Shown in pieces: positions 1 to 9,184 of a DNA stretch of 64,000 nucleotides. This stretch comes from Bacillota bacterium (GTDB taxonomy: Bacteria; Bacillota; Clostridia; Oscillospirales; Oscillospiraceae). The notes beneath the pieces are model-generated. The model saw only the letters and a program-made list of their open reading frames with translations, was not told the origin of the DNA and made no database searches. Location of the stretch: NCBI GenBank assembly GCA_030529825.1, contig JAUMWD010000008.1, positions 321-64,320 on the forward strand, given 5' to 3'. The position numbers and the translations under genes are program-made. Numbering within the stretch: the first letter of the stretch is position 1; each line of letters begins with the position of its first letter.

Positions 1-776
1 AACAGTGCTGCCTCCTGCAGAGGCTCGGGCAGACTGTCAAGGCCGTATTCCCTCTCGATACGGCGTATGGCCTCCATCTGGCGGGCCGCGGCAGCAACGG
101 TCTTATCCGCATTTGCCGAGTCGCAGTTTACCTTGCGCATGATTTCGTTGTTCATTTCTTTTTCGATTTTCTGACCTACCAGTGCCATGGTTGCGTTGGT
201 TGCTCCCATGGCCGTGAGCACATCGGCAATTTCATCCGCTTTTTTGAAATACAGCAGATGATTACCTCTGCGTTGGGATTCCTTTGGGTCAAAGCCCATC
301 TCACGCATGACGGAAACGGCCTCGCGGGACACGCTGTAATGCGCCGTGGCAAGCTCAAGATGATATCGCTTCTTCGGATCGGTTATGCTTCCTCCTCCGA
401 GGAAGGCTCCCCGAAGGAAGGCCGCCTTGTCACAGGGCTCCTCGATGATTCCGAAATTTATGTGCAGCGACAGCGTGCTCACATCGCTTCCGAAGGCATC
501 GTATATGCTTCTGATTTTTTCTGCGTCGGTAATGTAAAAGCTCCTCTTCCCCTCTGCGTTCTCCGCAGGCAGGCGGTCAAATCTTATGCCGAAGGCCTTT
601 TTGAAAAGATGGGGCAGACGCTGGGAGAGAGCGTCCGAGGAGGTGATTATCCGTATCTCCGCAGGACTGAAGCTATGGCAGTACAGCAAAATGCCGTAGG
701 CCTCGGCAAGAGCGCAGCATTTGCGTTCTATGCGAGGCTGACAGAGCTCATTTTTTACTTCTGCGGAAAAGGTCAT
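1..776 (-). CDS. whiA: DNA-binding regulator WhiA, N-terminal ~258 codons (3' end runs off the window)
   Basis: Hand translation of minus strand from ATG 776-774: MTFSAEVKNELCQ...FLRGAFLGGGSITDP...VNCDSANADKTVAAA, open to position 1. Not in the ORF track because it has no stop in the window. Lies 14 nt downstream of rapZ; the 258..1022 + ORF is its shadow. Confidence 0.85.
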   Translation of the reverse strand, partial: MTFSAEVKNELCQPRIERKCCALAEAYGILLYCHSFSPAEIRIITSSDALSQRLPHLFKKAFGIRFDRLPAENAEGKRSFYITDAEKIRSIYDAFGSDVSTLSLHINFGIIEEPCDKAAFLRGAFLGGGSITDPKKRYHLELATAHYSVSREAVSVMREMGFDPKESQRRGNHLLYFKKADEIADVLTAMGATNATMALVGQKIEKEMNNEIMRKVNCDSANADKTVAAAARQMEAIRRIEREYGLDSLPEPLQEAAL

Positions 777-790
777 GTTCTGCTCCGGAA

Positions 791-1654
791 TCAGCCGCCC
801 CTGTTAAGGTCGCGGGTAATATTTGCTACATTTATGCCGTCTTCAATCAGGGCATCGCAAAGGGCATTTGCAATGGCAACGCTGCGGTGGCGTCCGCCGG
901 TGCAGCCGATGCCGATGGTAAGGCTGTACTTGCCCTCTTCTATATACTGGGGCAGCAGGAATTTGATCAGCTCCGTGAGCTTGTCCATAAATTCCTTCGT
1001 CTGGGGGAAACCGAACACATAGTCCCGCACATCGTCATCAAGGCCGCTGTGGGAACGCATGGACTCGATATAGTAGGGATTTGGCAAAAAACGCACATCG
1101 AACACAAGGTCGGCATCCATGGGTATGCCGTACTTGAAGCCGAAGGACATTACATTCACGGTGATGGGGCGCTCTGCGGCATCTCCCGAAAACAGAGTGT
1201 ACAGCTCATTCTGAAGCTGGCCCAAAGTAAGGTGGGAGGTGTTTACGATATAGTCAGCCGCATCGCGGATGGGCTGCATAAGCTCCTTTTCTCTGGCGAT
1301 GGAGTCGGTAATGGAGTCGCCCTTCTTTCTCAGGGGGTGAGGACGGCGTGACTCCTTATAGCGCTTGATGATAACCGCAGGCTCCGCCTCCATGAACAGG
1401 ATTTTGTAGCCGAAGCCCATTTCCTTAAGGGTATCCAGAGCGCCGAAAATCTCCTGCACGCCGTTTTTCTCGCGCATATCCGTTACCAGTGCCACCTTTT
1501 CATAGCGGCCCTTGGTGGCGGCGCACAGCTCCGCGAAGCGGGGAATCAGAGCCGCAGGCATATTGTCAACGCAGTAGAACGCAAGGTCTTCGATTATGTC
1601 CGCGGCCTGGCTCTTGCCGCCGCCGGAAAGCCCTGTGATTATAAGAAATTCCAT
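791..1654 (-). CDS. rapZ: RNase adapter / nucleotide-binding protein RapZ (YvcJ)
   Basis: 287 aa, N-terminal Walker A ITGLSGGGKS, full-length RapZ-like sequence; ATG overlaps the murB stop (TGATG). Confidence 0.9.
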   Translation of the reverse strand: MEFLIITGLSGGGKSQAADIIEDLAFYCVDNMPAALIPRFAELCAATKGRYEKVALVTDMREKNGVQEIFGALDTLKEMGFGYKILFMEAEPAVIIKRYKESRRPHPLRKKGDSITDSIAREKELMQPIRDAADYIVNTSHLTLGQLQNELYTLFSGDAAERPITVNVMSFGFKYGIPMDADLVFDVRFLPNPYYIESMRSHSGLDDDVRDYVFGFPQTKEFMDKLTELIKFLLPQYIEEGKYSLTIGIGCTGGRHRSVAIANALCDALIEDGINVANITRDLNRGG

Positions 1655-2682
1655 CAGTTTTCTCCGTTTTCATTTGCTTCATCGACCTTTGCCCTGGCGG
1701 TATCCGCCATGGCATCCATAATGGTCTGCTTCTGTCTTCTCCAGTTATCAACAAGGATCATGCCCTTGGGATAGATTCTGATCTCCGGCATGAGCGTTAC
1801 CTTGAATTTATCGTAAACAACATGGCGCACATGGTCCATGAGCTCCACCACATCGTCATAGGTGGCATCGCCGGTATTTACAACAAAGCCCGCGTGCTTT
1901 TCGGAAACCTGAGCTCCGCCTACGGAATAGCCCTTCAGTCCCGCCTCATCAATGAGTGCGGCGGCGTAGCCGTTTTCCGGACGCTTGAAGGCACTGCCTG
2001 CAGAGGGCATATCAAGAGGCTGCTTTGCCCGGCGCTTATCGTTCATTTCCTTCATGCGGGCGGCAATGGCCTCGGGATCGTCGGGAGTCAGCTTGAAAAC
2101 AGCGCCGAGAATCGCACAGGGAACGCTTTCAAAATTGCTGTGGCGATAGGAGAAGCCCGCATCCTCGTTTTTGACCTCCGTAAGGGCCTGGTCTGTGAGA
2201 TAGTACATTACAACGCTGTCCACAACATCCTTCATCTCGCCGCCGTAGGCGCCTGCGTTCATAAGCACGCCGCCTCCGACGCTGCCGGGAATGCCGCTGG
2301 CAAACTCAAGGCCCGCAAGGCCCTTCTGCTGGGCAAACTGGGCAAGACGGGCAAGAGATACGCCGGCCTCGGCATAAATGGTATTTTCGGTTTCGCCCAT
2401 ACGCAGAGCCTGAAGATTTTCGGTGCTGACAACACAGATATCAAGGCCCTCCTCGGGGATGATGAGGTTGGTGCATTTGCCCACCATAAGAGGGGCAACG
2501 TCAAAATGGTGCAGAATAAAGAACACCTTTGACATATCCCATACATCCTTGGGTGCAATATATGCTCTGACCTTACCGCCCAGCTTAAAGGAGCAGTGCT
2601 CCTTCATGCTTTCCTGCTCGCGCAGGTCAAGGCCGGGCAGTTCTTCCTTTATTTTTAAAATGGCATTTTCAAGACTTTCCAT
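1654..2682 (-). CDS. murB: UDP-N-acetylenolpyruvoylglucosamine reductase MurB
   Basis: 342 aa; motifs FKLGGKV, GAYGGEMKDV, SAGSAFKRP; SD AGGAGA upstream; ~35-aa charged C-terminal extension beyond typical MurB. Confidence 0.9.
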   Translation of the reverse strand: MESLENAILKIKEELPGLDLREQESMKEHCSFKLGGKVRAYIAPKDVWDMSKVFFILHHFDVAPLMVGKCTNLIIPEEGLDICVVSTENLQALRMGETENTIYAEAGVSLARLAQFAQQKGLAGLEFASGIPGSVGGGVLMNAGAYGGEMKDVVDSVVMYYLTDQALTEVKNEDAGFSYRHSNFESVPCAILGAVFKLTPDDPEAIAARMKEMNDKRRAKQPLDMPSAGSAFKRPENGYAAALIDEAGLKGYSVGGAQVSEKHAGFVVNTGDATYDDVVELMDHVRHVVYDKFKVTLMPEIRIYPKGMILVDNWRRQKQTIMDAMADTARAKVDEANENGEN

Positions 2683-2700
2683 ATTTGCTCTCCTAAAAAA

Positions 2701-3639
2701 TTATAAAACGCCTGCATCAATGGCAGAATCGTGATTTGACGCCAGGGTTTCCGCGGCATTGTAGCCCATCTTTTTCTGTCTGTTATTCATGGCGGCAAGC
2801 TCGAGAATTACCGCAAGGTTTCTGCCGGGACGCACGGGAATCGTAACGCTGGGTACCGTTACACCTAAAATCTCCGTGGACTCGTCAATGAGCCCCAGAC
2901 GGTCATACATCTTGCCGTCCTCCCAGACCTCCATATTGACCACAAGGTCTATGGCACCCTCGGGCTTAACTGCGCCCACGCCGTAAATGTGGCGCACATC
3001 AACCACACCTATTCCGCGAAGCTCCATGTAATATCTTATGAGCTCCGGAGCCGTTCCCACAAGGCCGGTTTTATTCACCTTGCGTATATCCACCGCATCG
3101 TCGGCAATGAGTCTGTGGCCTCGTTTGATAAGCTCCAGGGCGGTTTCGCTTTTACCTATACCCGAATCTCCCGTGAGCAGCAGGCCCTCGCCATGTACCT
3201 CAACAAGAACACCGTGCATGGTGGTGCGGGGCGCCAGATGAACATGGAGCGAGCTTATGACATTTGCCATGAAGTCCGAGGTGTCCTCGGGAGTGGTAAA
3301 CACATTGCGGTCATACTTTTCCGCCATTTCCACACACTCGGGGAATACCGCCGCGCCGTGGCACAGCACCAGGGCGGAAATATCCCATTGCATGAGCGCC
3401 TCAAAGCATTTGCGTCTTTCCTCATCGCTCTTAAGCTCAAGATAGGTGCTTTCTACGCGACCTATAATCTGAAGCCTCGAGGGGTCAAAATAATTATAGA
3501 AGCCCGCAAGCTGAAGAGCCGGGCGGTTTATGTCAGCCGTTGTGAGAAGCCGTGTTTCATAGTCAGAGGAGGTGTGCAGGGGTATGAGCTTATTCTCCTC
3601 CACTATGGTTTTCAGCTTCACGGAATATTTGCTTGCCAT
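2701..3639 (-). CDS. hprK: HPr kinase/phosphorylase
   Basis: 312 aa; P-loop GDSGIGKSETALELIKRGHRLIADD is the HprK signature. Confidence 0.92.
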   Translation of the reverse strand: MASKYSVKLKTIVEENKLIPLHTSSDYETRLLTTADINRPALQLAGFYNYFDPSRLQIIGRVESTYLELKSDEERRKCFEALMQWDISALVLCHGAAVFPECVEMAEKYDRNVFTTPEDTSDFMANVISSLHVHLAPRTTMHGVLVEVHGEGLLLTGDSGIGKSETALELIKRGHRLIADDAVDIRKVNKTGLVGTAPELIRYYMELRGIGVVDVRHIYGVGAVKPEGAIDLVVNMEVWEDGKMYDRLGLIDESTEILGVTVPSVTIPVRPGRNLAVILELAAMNNRQKKMGYNAAETLASNHDSAIDAGVL

Positions 3640-3837
3640 AAGCGTATACTCCTCCCAATGTATAATATATCTATATTATTATATATCATTTTACAGATTT
3701 AGCAACAATTTTTGATTGCGGAAATTAAGTTACAAAAAAGTTAAATTTGTACTTGCAATTACGGTTTTATTCTGCTATTATTAATAAGCTGTCCTTAAAT
3801 CGGGCAGATAAACACAAGCAAGGAGGTGCTTCAACTA

Positions 3838-4026
3838 ATGGCAAAATGTGAGTTTTGCGACAAGGGCGTAGCCTTTGGTATTCAGGTTTCCCATTCCCAC
3901 AGACGCTCCAACCGTACATGGAAGCCCAATGTGAAGCGCGTCAAGGCCATCGTAGACGGCAGCCCCAAGCACGTTTACGCATGCACTCGCTGCCTCCGCA
4001 GCGGCAAGGTCACCCGCGCTGTGTAA
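3838..4026 (+). CDS. rpmB: 50S ribosomal protein L28
   Basis: MAKCEFCDKG...SHSHRRSNRTWKPN; AGGAGG 10 nt upstream of ATG 3838 (the ORF-track start 3826 is an upstream GTG). Confidence 0.9.
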   Translation: MAKCEFCDKGVAFGIQVSHSHRRSNRTWKPNVKRVKAIVDGSPKHVYACTRCLRSGKVTRAV

Positions 4027-4046
4027 TAGTTTAATATTACCCGAAA

Positions 4047-4074
4047 CAAGCTCGCCTTTAAGGCGAGCTTTTTT
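4047..4074 (+). terminator. Rho-independent terminator of rpmB
   Basis: 9-bp stem aagctcgcc/ggcgagctt, loop tttaa, followed by a T-run. Confidence 0.65.
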
Positions 4075-4099
4075 CGTTGTGCGGAAAAGTTTTTGCAGC

Positions 4100-4129
4100 A
4101 AAAAACGGATGTTAATAAACATCCGTTTT
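4100..4129. terminator. Bidirectional hairpin at the 3' end of the 4112-4606 gene
   Basis: 10-bp stem aacggatgtt/aacatccgtt flanked by an A-run and a T-run; overlaps the last codons of the minus-strand ORF. Confidence 0.5.
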
Positions 4130-4606
4130 CTGATTCAGTATAATGCAGGTATCTGTGACGGCGGCATTTTCCCCATACAGCTCATTTGCGCTGTTTCTGT
4201 GGGCGACAATACCGAGGATCATGGCAACGGCGGCACCCACCAGAAGAAACACAATAGCCGCAATTACAAGAAACTGCTTTGTGTGGAAAATCGGTCTGGC
4301 TTTGCGCGGCCTGCGCTTTGCTTCCCGCGCCGCTCTTTTCTCAAGTCGCGCATTCTTCTTTTCCTCACGGCGGAGATTTTCACTCTCCACTCTTGTTCTC
4401 TTACGGTGAAGCAGCATTTTCCCCCGCAGCGCAGCCTCGTCCTCGGGGAATTCCGCCAGGATTTCATCATATATGGCGTCGGCCTCGTCCCATTCCTCCC
4501 GGGACACACAGTGCTTTGCCTTCGATATTTTCTTCCGCTTTTCCCGTGAAGCGGGAACATCCTCGATCATCTCTTCGAAAATGGTTTTTTGCTCCGTAAC
4601 CGACAC
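4112..4606 (-). CDS. Hypothetical single-pass membrane protein with Arg/Lys/Glu-rich N-terminal region
   Basis: 164-aa ORF (GTG start in track; start uncertain); one hydrophobic helix FLVIAAIVFLLVGAAVAMILGIV; no family recognised. Confidence 0.45.
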   Translation of the reverse strand: MSVTEQKTIFEEMIEDVPASREKRKKISKAKHCVSREEWDEADAIYDEILAEFPEDEAALRGKMLLHRKRTRVESENLRREEKKNARLEKRAAREAKRRPRKARPIFHTKQFLVIAAIVFLLVGAAVAMILGIVAHRNSANELYGENAAVTDTCIILNQKTDVY

Positions 4607-4721
4607 CTCCCCTTGCAGTTGTTTAAAAAAGCTTTGCTATTTTATCATATCTATACACTTTCGGTCAATGGAATATTGAATTATATTTAATCTGCGTATA
4701 AAATTAAAGCGGTGATAAACA

Positions 4722-5372
4722 ATGTATAAGAAGCTTATTATTTTTGACCTCGACGGGACTCTGCTGAACACCCTGTCCGACCTTCACTGCTCGGTAAACT
4801 TTGCCTTGGCGCAGGAGGGCCTCCCCGGGCGCAGTGTGGAGGAGGTGCGGAGCTTTCTGGGCAACGGCATATTGAACCTCGTTCAGCGCTGTGTTCCCCA
4901 AAACACAGACAGGGAGAAAACCCTACGGGTATTTGATGCCTTCAAAAGCCATTACGCACTGCACAGCATGGACAGCACCGCTCCCTATGAGGGAATTTGC
5001 GAGCTGTTGGAAAAGCTCCGCTCCGCCGGCATCCGCCTCGGCGTTGTGAGCAACAAGGCGGATTCTGCGGTAAAACCGATTATCGCCCACTATTTTCCCC
5101 ATACCTTTGACTGCGTTTTGGGTGAGCGTGACGGCGTAAGAAAAAAGCCGGCTCCCGACTCCGTTTTTGAGGTTATGCAATCCTTAGGCTGCGGCCCCGA
5201 GGAAAGCGTTTATATCGGCGATTCCGAGGTTGATATTCTCACGGCAAAAAACGCCGGCTGCGACTGCATTTCCGTATCCTACGGCTTCAGAAGCCGCGAG
5301 CTTCTTTTGGAAAGCGGCGCCGAAGTCCTGTGTGAAGCCGCGGCGGATATTGCAAATCTTCTGGGGCTGTAA
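4722..5372 (+). CDS. HAD-IA family hydrolase (phosphoglycolate phosphatase-like)
   Basis: 216 aa; HAD motif I FDLDGTLLNT, motif IV GDSEVD. Confidence 0.8.
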   Translation: MYKKLIIFDLDGTLLNTLSDLHCSVNFALAQEGLPGRSVEEVRSFLGNGILNLVQRCVPQNTDREKTLRVFDAFKSHYALHSMDSTAPYEGICELLEKLRSAGIRLGVVSNKADSAVKPIIAHYFPHTFDCVLGERDGVRKKPAPDSVFEVMQSLGCGPEESVYIGDSEVDILTAKNAGCDCISVSYGFRSRELLLESGAEVLCEAAADIANLLGL

Positions 5373-5406
5373 TAAAATATAAGCGACAAATAACTGCGAG
5401 GTAAGC

Positions 5407-6114
5407 ATGAACAATTCAAAGCGAACAGCACGGGCTCTTGCCTGCGCCGGAGTGGGATATTCCCTGGGGGAAATCAACTCCGCATATCTTATGGGTCTGC
5501 GCAGGGGCTATGACATCCGAAAAAAGGGCACGGGTAATCCCGGTGCCACTAACACCATGCTGCTGGAGGGTAAGCTCGCCGGTGCCTTTGTCATGCTTTT
5601 TGACATCGGCAAGGCCGCCGTTTCCGTAAACCTTTGCCGCAGGCTGTTTCCCAATTTCTCCAGCGCAGGGGAAACCGCAGGCACAGCGGCAATTTTAGGC
5701 CATATGTTTCCGGCCAAGCTGGATTTCCGCGGCGGCAAGGGGCTTGCCTGCATGGGCGGCACCGTCCTTGCTTTAGGGGATTTTCCCGCCATGCTGGGCT
5801 TTGCCGCGGCGGTGCTTATGAAAACCCGCTATCTCTGTGCCGTACCTATTTCCGCATCAGTATTTTACCCCATCTATCACGGACTTATCAGCGGCAATTG
5901 GGAGGGCTCCGCCATTCTCGGTACCGTGGCCTTTCCCGTATTTGCAAAGCACATTGAAAACCTTAAGCGCATCAGGGATAACCGTGAGCTTCGGGTGGAC
6001 TTCATATGGGACAAGGACGGCGAGCTGGAGCGCACGGGACTCCGGGAGGAATCGGAGAAAATCGACCGTGGTGAAATTCCCGACAAGCACCCGCTGCCTC
6101 CCATGCCGAATTAA
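5407..6114 (+). CDS. plsY: Glycerol-3-phosphate acyltransferase PlsY
   Basis: 235 aa polytopic membrane protein; KGTGNPGATN motif (PlsY GSGNxGATN); ~40-aa charged C-terminal tail. Confidence 0.8.
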   Translation: MNNSKRTARALACAGVGYSLGEINSAYLMGLRRGYDIRKKGTGNPGATNTMLLEGKLAGAFVMLFDIGKAAVSVNLCRRLFPNFSSAGETAGTAAILGHMFPAKLDFRGGKGLACMGGTVLALGDFPAMLGFAAAVLMKTRYLCAVPISASVFYPIYHGLISGNWEGSAILGTVAFPVFAKHIENLKRIRDNRELRVDFIWDKDGELERTGLREESEKIDRGEIPDKHPLPPMPN

Positions 6115-6147
6115 AAAAAGAGATGTCTTGAGACATCTCTTTTTTTA
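6112..6147. terminator. Bidirectional terminator between convergent plsY and PAS gene
   Basis: 10-bp stem agagatgtct/agacatctct flanked by A7 and T7. Confidence 0.65.
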
Positions 6148-6522
6148 ATTCGGCAGATCATACATCTTCATGGTTTCGCGGCTGCGGAATTCGTGCTTTT
6201 CATAGTAGCCTATGAGCCTTCCCTCCTCATCGCGGAGCGCCACCATGTAGACATCCTTGTTTTCCTTTTCGTTAAAGTATGTGTAGACAAGGTTGTTGTC
6301 CCTGTCGGCGGAAAACCACGCAAGCACCTTTTCTATGAGCTCCTTTGACTTCGGACCGTGGCAGGCAAGCAGGCTTTTGCCCACAAGGGCTCCGCCGCCG
6401 CTTTTTTCATAGCGTGTTTTTGCGGCGGGATTCATGTAGATAATCTCATGCTTTGTGTCGCAGACCACAACGGCGCAGCGGTCCTGTTCGACAATGCTTT
6501 TGAAATATGGGGAAAGCTCCAT
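6145..6522 (-). CDS. Stand-alone PAS-domain protein
   Basis: 125 aa from ATG 6522 (GAGG SD 6 nt upstream; the track GTG at 6534 is inside the SD); PAS-like core VVVCDTKHEIIYMNPAAKTRY...GKSLLACH. Confidence 0.6.
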   Translation of the reverse strand: MELSPYFKSIVEQDRCAVVVCDTKHEIIYMNPAAKTRYEKSGGGALVGKSLLACHGPKSKELIEKVLAWFSADRDNNLVYTYFNEKENKDVYMVALRDEEGRLIGYYEKHEFRSRETMKMYDLPN

Positions 6523-6598
6523 TTTTAACCTCACTTAATTTGACAAAAATTTTTGCTGTGATATAGTTGTATATTAATTATTGACGGAGGTGGAATAT

Positions 6599-7225
6599 AT
6601 GTTCATAACCGACACCTGCGAGGGCTTTACCGAAAAGCTCTCCTCCACCCAAGCCGTTCCCGGAGGCGGCGGTGCCGCGGCACTCTGCGGCGCTTTAGGC
6701 GCATCACTCTGCGCCATGGCGGCAGGTCTTACGGAAGGCAAAAAGAAGTTCGCCGGATATAAGGACGAGCTTGAAATCATAATATCAAAGTGCGACCTGC
6801 TTCGCAAGGATTTTCTTCATCTTGCGGAGGCGGATGCAGAGGGCTTTGCGCCCCTTGCCGCGGCATATTCCCTGCCCAAAGAAGCTGCAGGCTATGCCGA
6901 AAAAATGCGGGATGCCACCCTCACCGCCATGAGCGCACCCTACGCCATGGTGAATAACTGCTGTGAGGCAATTGAGCTTATTGAAACACTTTATGACGGC
7001 AGATGCAGCGCCCTGCTCATTTCCGACGCGGGCTGTGCCGCGGCTCTGTGCCGCGCCGCTCTGCAATGCGCCGCCATGAATGTTTTTATTAACACCAAAA
7101 CCCTTCGGGGCATAGCGGAGTCCGATGCCGTTGAAGCGGACACAAGGGCGAAGCTGGCAGAGTATCTCCCGAGAGCAGAGGCTGTTGCCGTCAGAATTAC
7201 GGACATTCTTTCAGAGGTAAAATAA
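6599..7225 (+). CDS. fchA: Cyclodeaminase/cyclohydrolase family protein (methenyl-THF cyclohydrolase-like, FtcD C-domain)
   Basis: 208 aa from ATG 6599 (GGAGG SD); motif AVPGGGGAAALCGALGASLCAMAAGLT; immediately precedes folD. Confidence 0.75.
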   Translation: MFITDTCEGFTEKLSSTQAVPGGGGAAALCGALGASLCAMAAGLTEGKKKFAGYKDELEIIISKCDLLRKDFLHLAEADAEGFAPLAAAYSLPKEAAGYAEKMRDATLTAMSAPYAMVNNCCEAIELIETLYDGRCSALLISDAGCAAALCRAALQCAAMNVFINTKTLRGIAESDAVEADTRAKLAEYLPRAEAVAVRITDILSEVK

Positions 7226-8086
7226 ATGGCAGAAATCTTAAAAGGCGCTCCTGTGGCAAAGGCCATGGCCGAGGAGCTCGCCGCGAGAATACAAAAGCTG
7301 AAGGAACGGGGCATTACCCCGAAGCTGGCCATAATAAGACTTGGCAGCAACCCGGACGATATATATTACGAAAAAAGCGCCACGCGCTTTTGTGAAAGGG
7401 TGGGCGCCGAGGTAAAAAGCATCGTATATCCCGCAGACTGCGAGGAAACCCGCCTTATCCGCCGCATAAAGCGCATCAACAATGACGACAGCATCCACGG
7501 CTGTCTGCTTTTGAGGCCGCTTCCCAAGCACATTAACGAATTCAGGGTATCCGAAGCCCTTTGTCCCGAAAAGGACATCGACTGCCTCACCGTGGGCTCT
7601 CTGGGTTCCGTTTTCGCCGGCAAGGGCGCGGGCTTCCCGCCCTGTACCGCCCAGGCAGTAATGGAAATGCTTCAGCGCAGCGGCTTTGAAATTCAGGGCA
7701 AAAGTGCCGTTGTCATAGGCCGCAGCCTTGTTGTGGGCAGGCCCGTTGCCATCATGCTCCAGCAGGAAAACGCCACCGTCACCATGTGCCACAGCAAGAC
7801 CGAAGATCTCGCCGAAATCTGCCGCCGTGCCGATATCATCGTTTCCGCCGCGGGTCAGCCCCGTATCGTGACGAAGGACTTCGTACGTGAGGGTCAGGTC
7901 ATCATCGATGTAGGCATAAACAGTAACGGCAATTACATTTCCGGCGATGCGGACTTTGACGAGGTTGAGCCCATCGTTGCCGCAATCACCCCTGTTCCGG
8001 GAGGCATAGGCGTTGTCACCACCGCAACCCTTGTAAAACATCTTGTGGATTCCGCGGAAAGCTTTTCTACAAAAAGCAAACAGTAA
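7226..8086 (+). CDS. folD: Bifunctional methylene-THF dehydrogenase / methenyl-THF cyclohydrolase FolD
   Basis: 286 aa; GRSLVVGRPVAIML and TPVPGGIGVVTTA motifs. Confidence 0.9.
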   Translation: MAEILKGAPVAKAMAEELAARIQKLKERGITPKLAIIRLGSNPDDIYYEKSATRFCERVGAEVKSIVYPADCEETRLIRRIKRINNDDSIHGCLLLRPLPKHINEFRVSEALCPEKDIDCLTVGSLGSVFAGKGAGFPPCTAQAVMEMLQRSGFEIQGKSAVVIGRSLVVGRPVAIMLQQENATVTMCHSKTEDLAEICRRADIIVSAAGQPRIVTKDFVREGQVIIDVGINSNGNYISGDADFDEVEPIVAAITPVPGGIGVVTTATLVKHLVDSAESFSTKSKQ

Positions 8087-8135
8087 TATACGATACCGAC
8101 AGCAAATTCTGACTATCGTTCAGACGAGGTGCGAT

Positions 8136-9041
8136 ATGGGAAAAGAAATAAAAATACACATTCTCCACTGCGGCTACATCCAGCTTGAGAAAAGCATGCC
8201 CAACGCAGGTGAGCTTAAGCTGAAAAACTCGATTAATCATGTCTTCGCCAAGGATGCACGCCGCGTCACGCTGCCCGTCTGCGCATATCTCGTGGAGCAC
8301 CCCGTTCACGGCAGAATACTCGTTGACACGGGCTGGTGCCGCGATATAAGCCCCGACGGTGTTTATGATAAAAAGGCGGCAAAAAAGCTCATGCCCGGCT
8401 ATCTCGCGGACTTCTACCGTCCCTATGTACCCAAGGGTATGGCAATTCACGAACAGCTTGAGGCCATGGGCATTATGCCCCGTGATCTTGACTGCGTAAT
8501 CGTCACCCACCTTGACCCCGACCATGTCTCCGGTGTAAAGCATCTTCAGGAGGCAAAGCGTATTGTTGTTCCCGAATATGAATGGTTTTATTCCTGCCGC
8601 TATGTGTTCAAGGCGCATCAGCCCTTCAGAGCCTTCATTCAGTATCCCTTTGAAAAGATACCGTACCGCGCCACACCCTCGGACAGATACTGGCACTTCG
8701 GCAAGCCCGTGGGCGTAAATCACTGGACGATAAATCTTTTCGGAGATGACAGCTTTTCCATTGTCAATGTCCCCGGTCATACCCGGGGAACAGGCGCGGT
8801 CATTATTAACACCGACTACGGCTTTATGCCCCAGGATTTCGTTCTTCTGACCTCCGACGCGGCATTCAACCGTCACAGCTGGGAGAATATGAGCATCAGC
8901 GGTCTGGGACTCGGCGAAGAAACCATGCGCAGCTCTCTCGACTGGATAAAAAGCATGAGCGAGCTTCCCGGCTGCAGAGCGGTGCTTGCAAGCCATGACC
9001 CGGAAATTGTGCCTCAGACCATTACTCTGCAAATGAAATAA
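8136..9041 (+). CDS. MBL-fold metallo-hydrolase (N-acyl-homoserine-lactonase-like)
   Basis: 301 aa from ATG 8136; metal motif VTHLDPDHVSG; upstream part of the track ORF overlaps folD and starts at TTG. Confidence 0.75.
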   Translation: MGKEIKIHILHCGYIQLEKSMPNAGELKLKNSINHVFAKDARRVTLPVCAYLVEHPVHGRILVDTGWCRDISPDGVYDKKAAKKLMPGYLADFYRPYVPKGMAIHEQLEAMGIMPRDLDCVIVTHLDPDHVSGVKHLQEAKRIVVPEYEWFYSCRYVFKAHQPFRAFIQYPFEKIPYRATPSDRYWHFGKPVGVNHWTINLFGDDSFSIVNVPGHTRGTGAVIINTDYGFMPQDFVLLTSDAAFNRHSWENMSISGLGLGEETMRSSLDWIKSMSELPGCRAVLASHDPEIVPQTITLQMK

Positions 9042-9044
9042 TTC

Positions 9045-9077
9045 AAAGCGCGGATACGGAGTTGTCCGCGCTTTTTT
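9045..9077 (+). terminator. Rho-independent terminator
   Basis: Stem gcgcgga/tccgcgc, 10-nt loop, T6. Confidence 0.6.
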
Positions 9078-9184
9078 GCACACAATTCGTTAATCTGTTG
9101 ACAAACTTCCCTGCGTAGGATAAACTGTATTTTACAGAGCTTCATAAACTCAAACGGAAAAATTTTATGAAAGAGGTAGTAAAC

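Noticed and set aside
258-1022. 254-aa plus-strand ORF at the left edge.
   Set aside because: It overlaps the hand-translated whiA and the 3' end of rapZ on the other strand, and its sequence has no family resemblance.
6523-6598. ZTP/THF riboswitch upstream of fchA-folD.
   Set aside because: The intergenic region is only ~75 nt, is AT-rich and lacks any paired structure of the required size.
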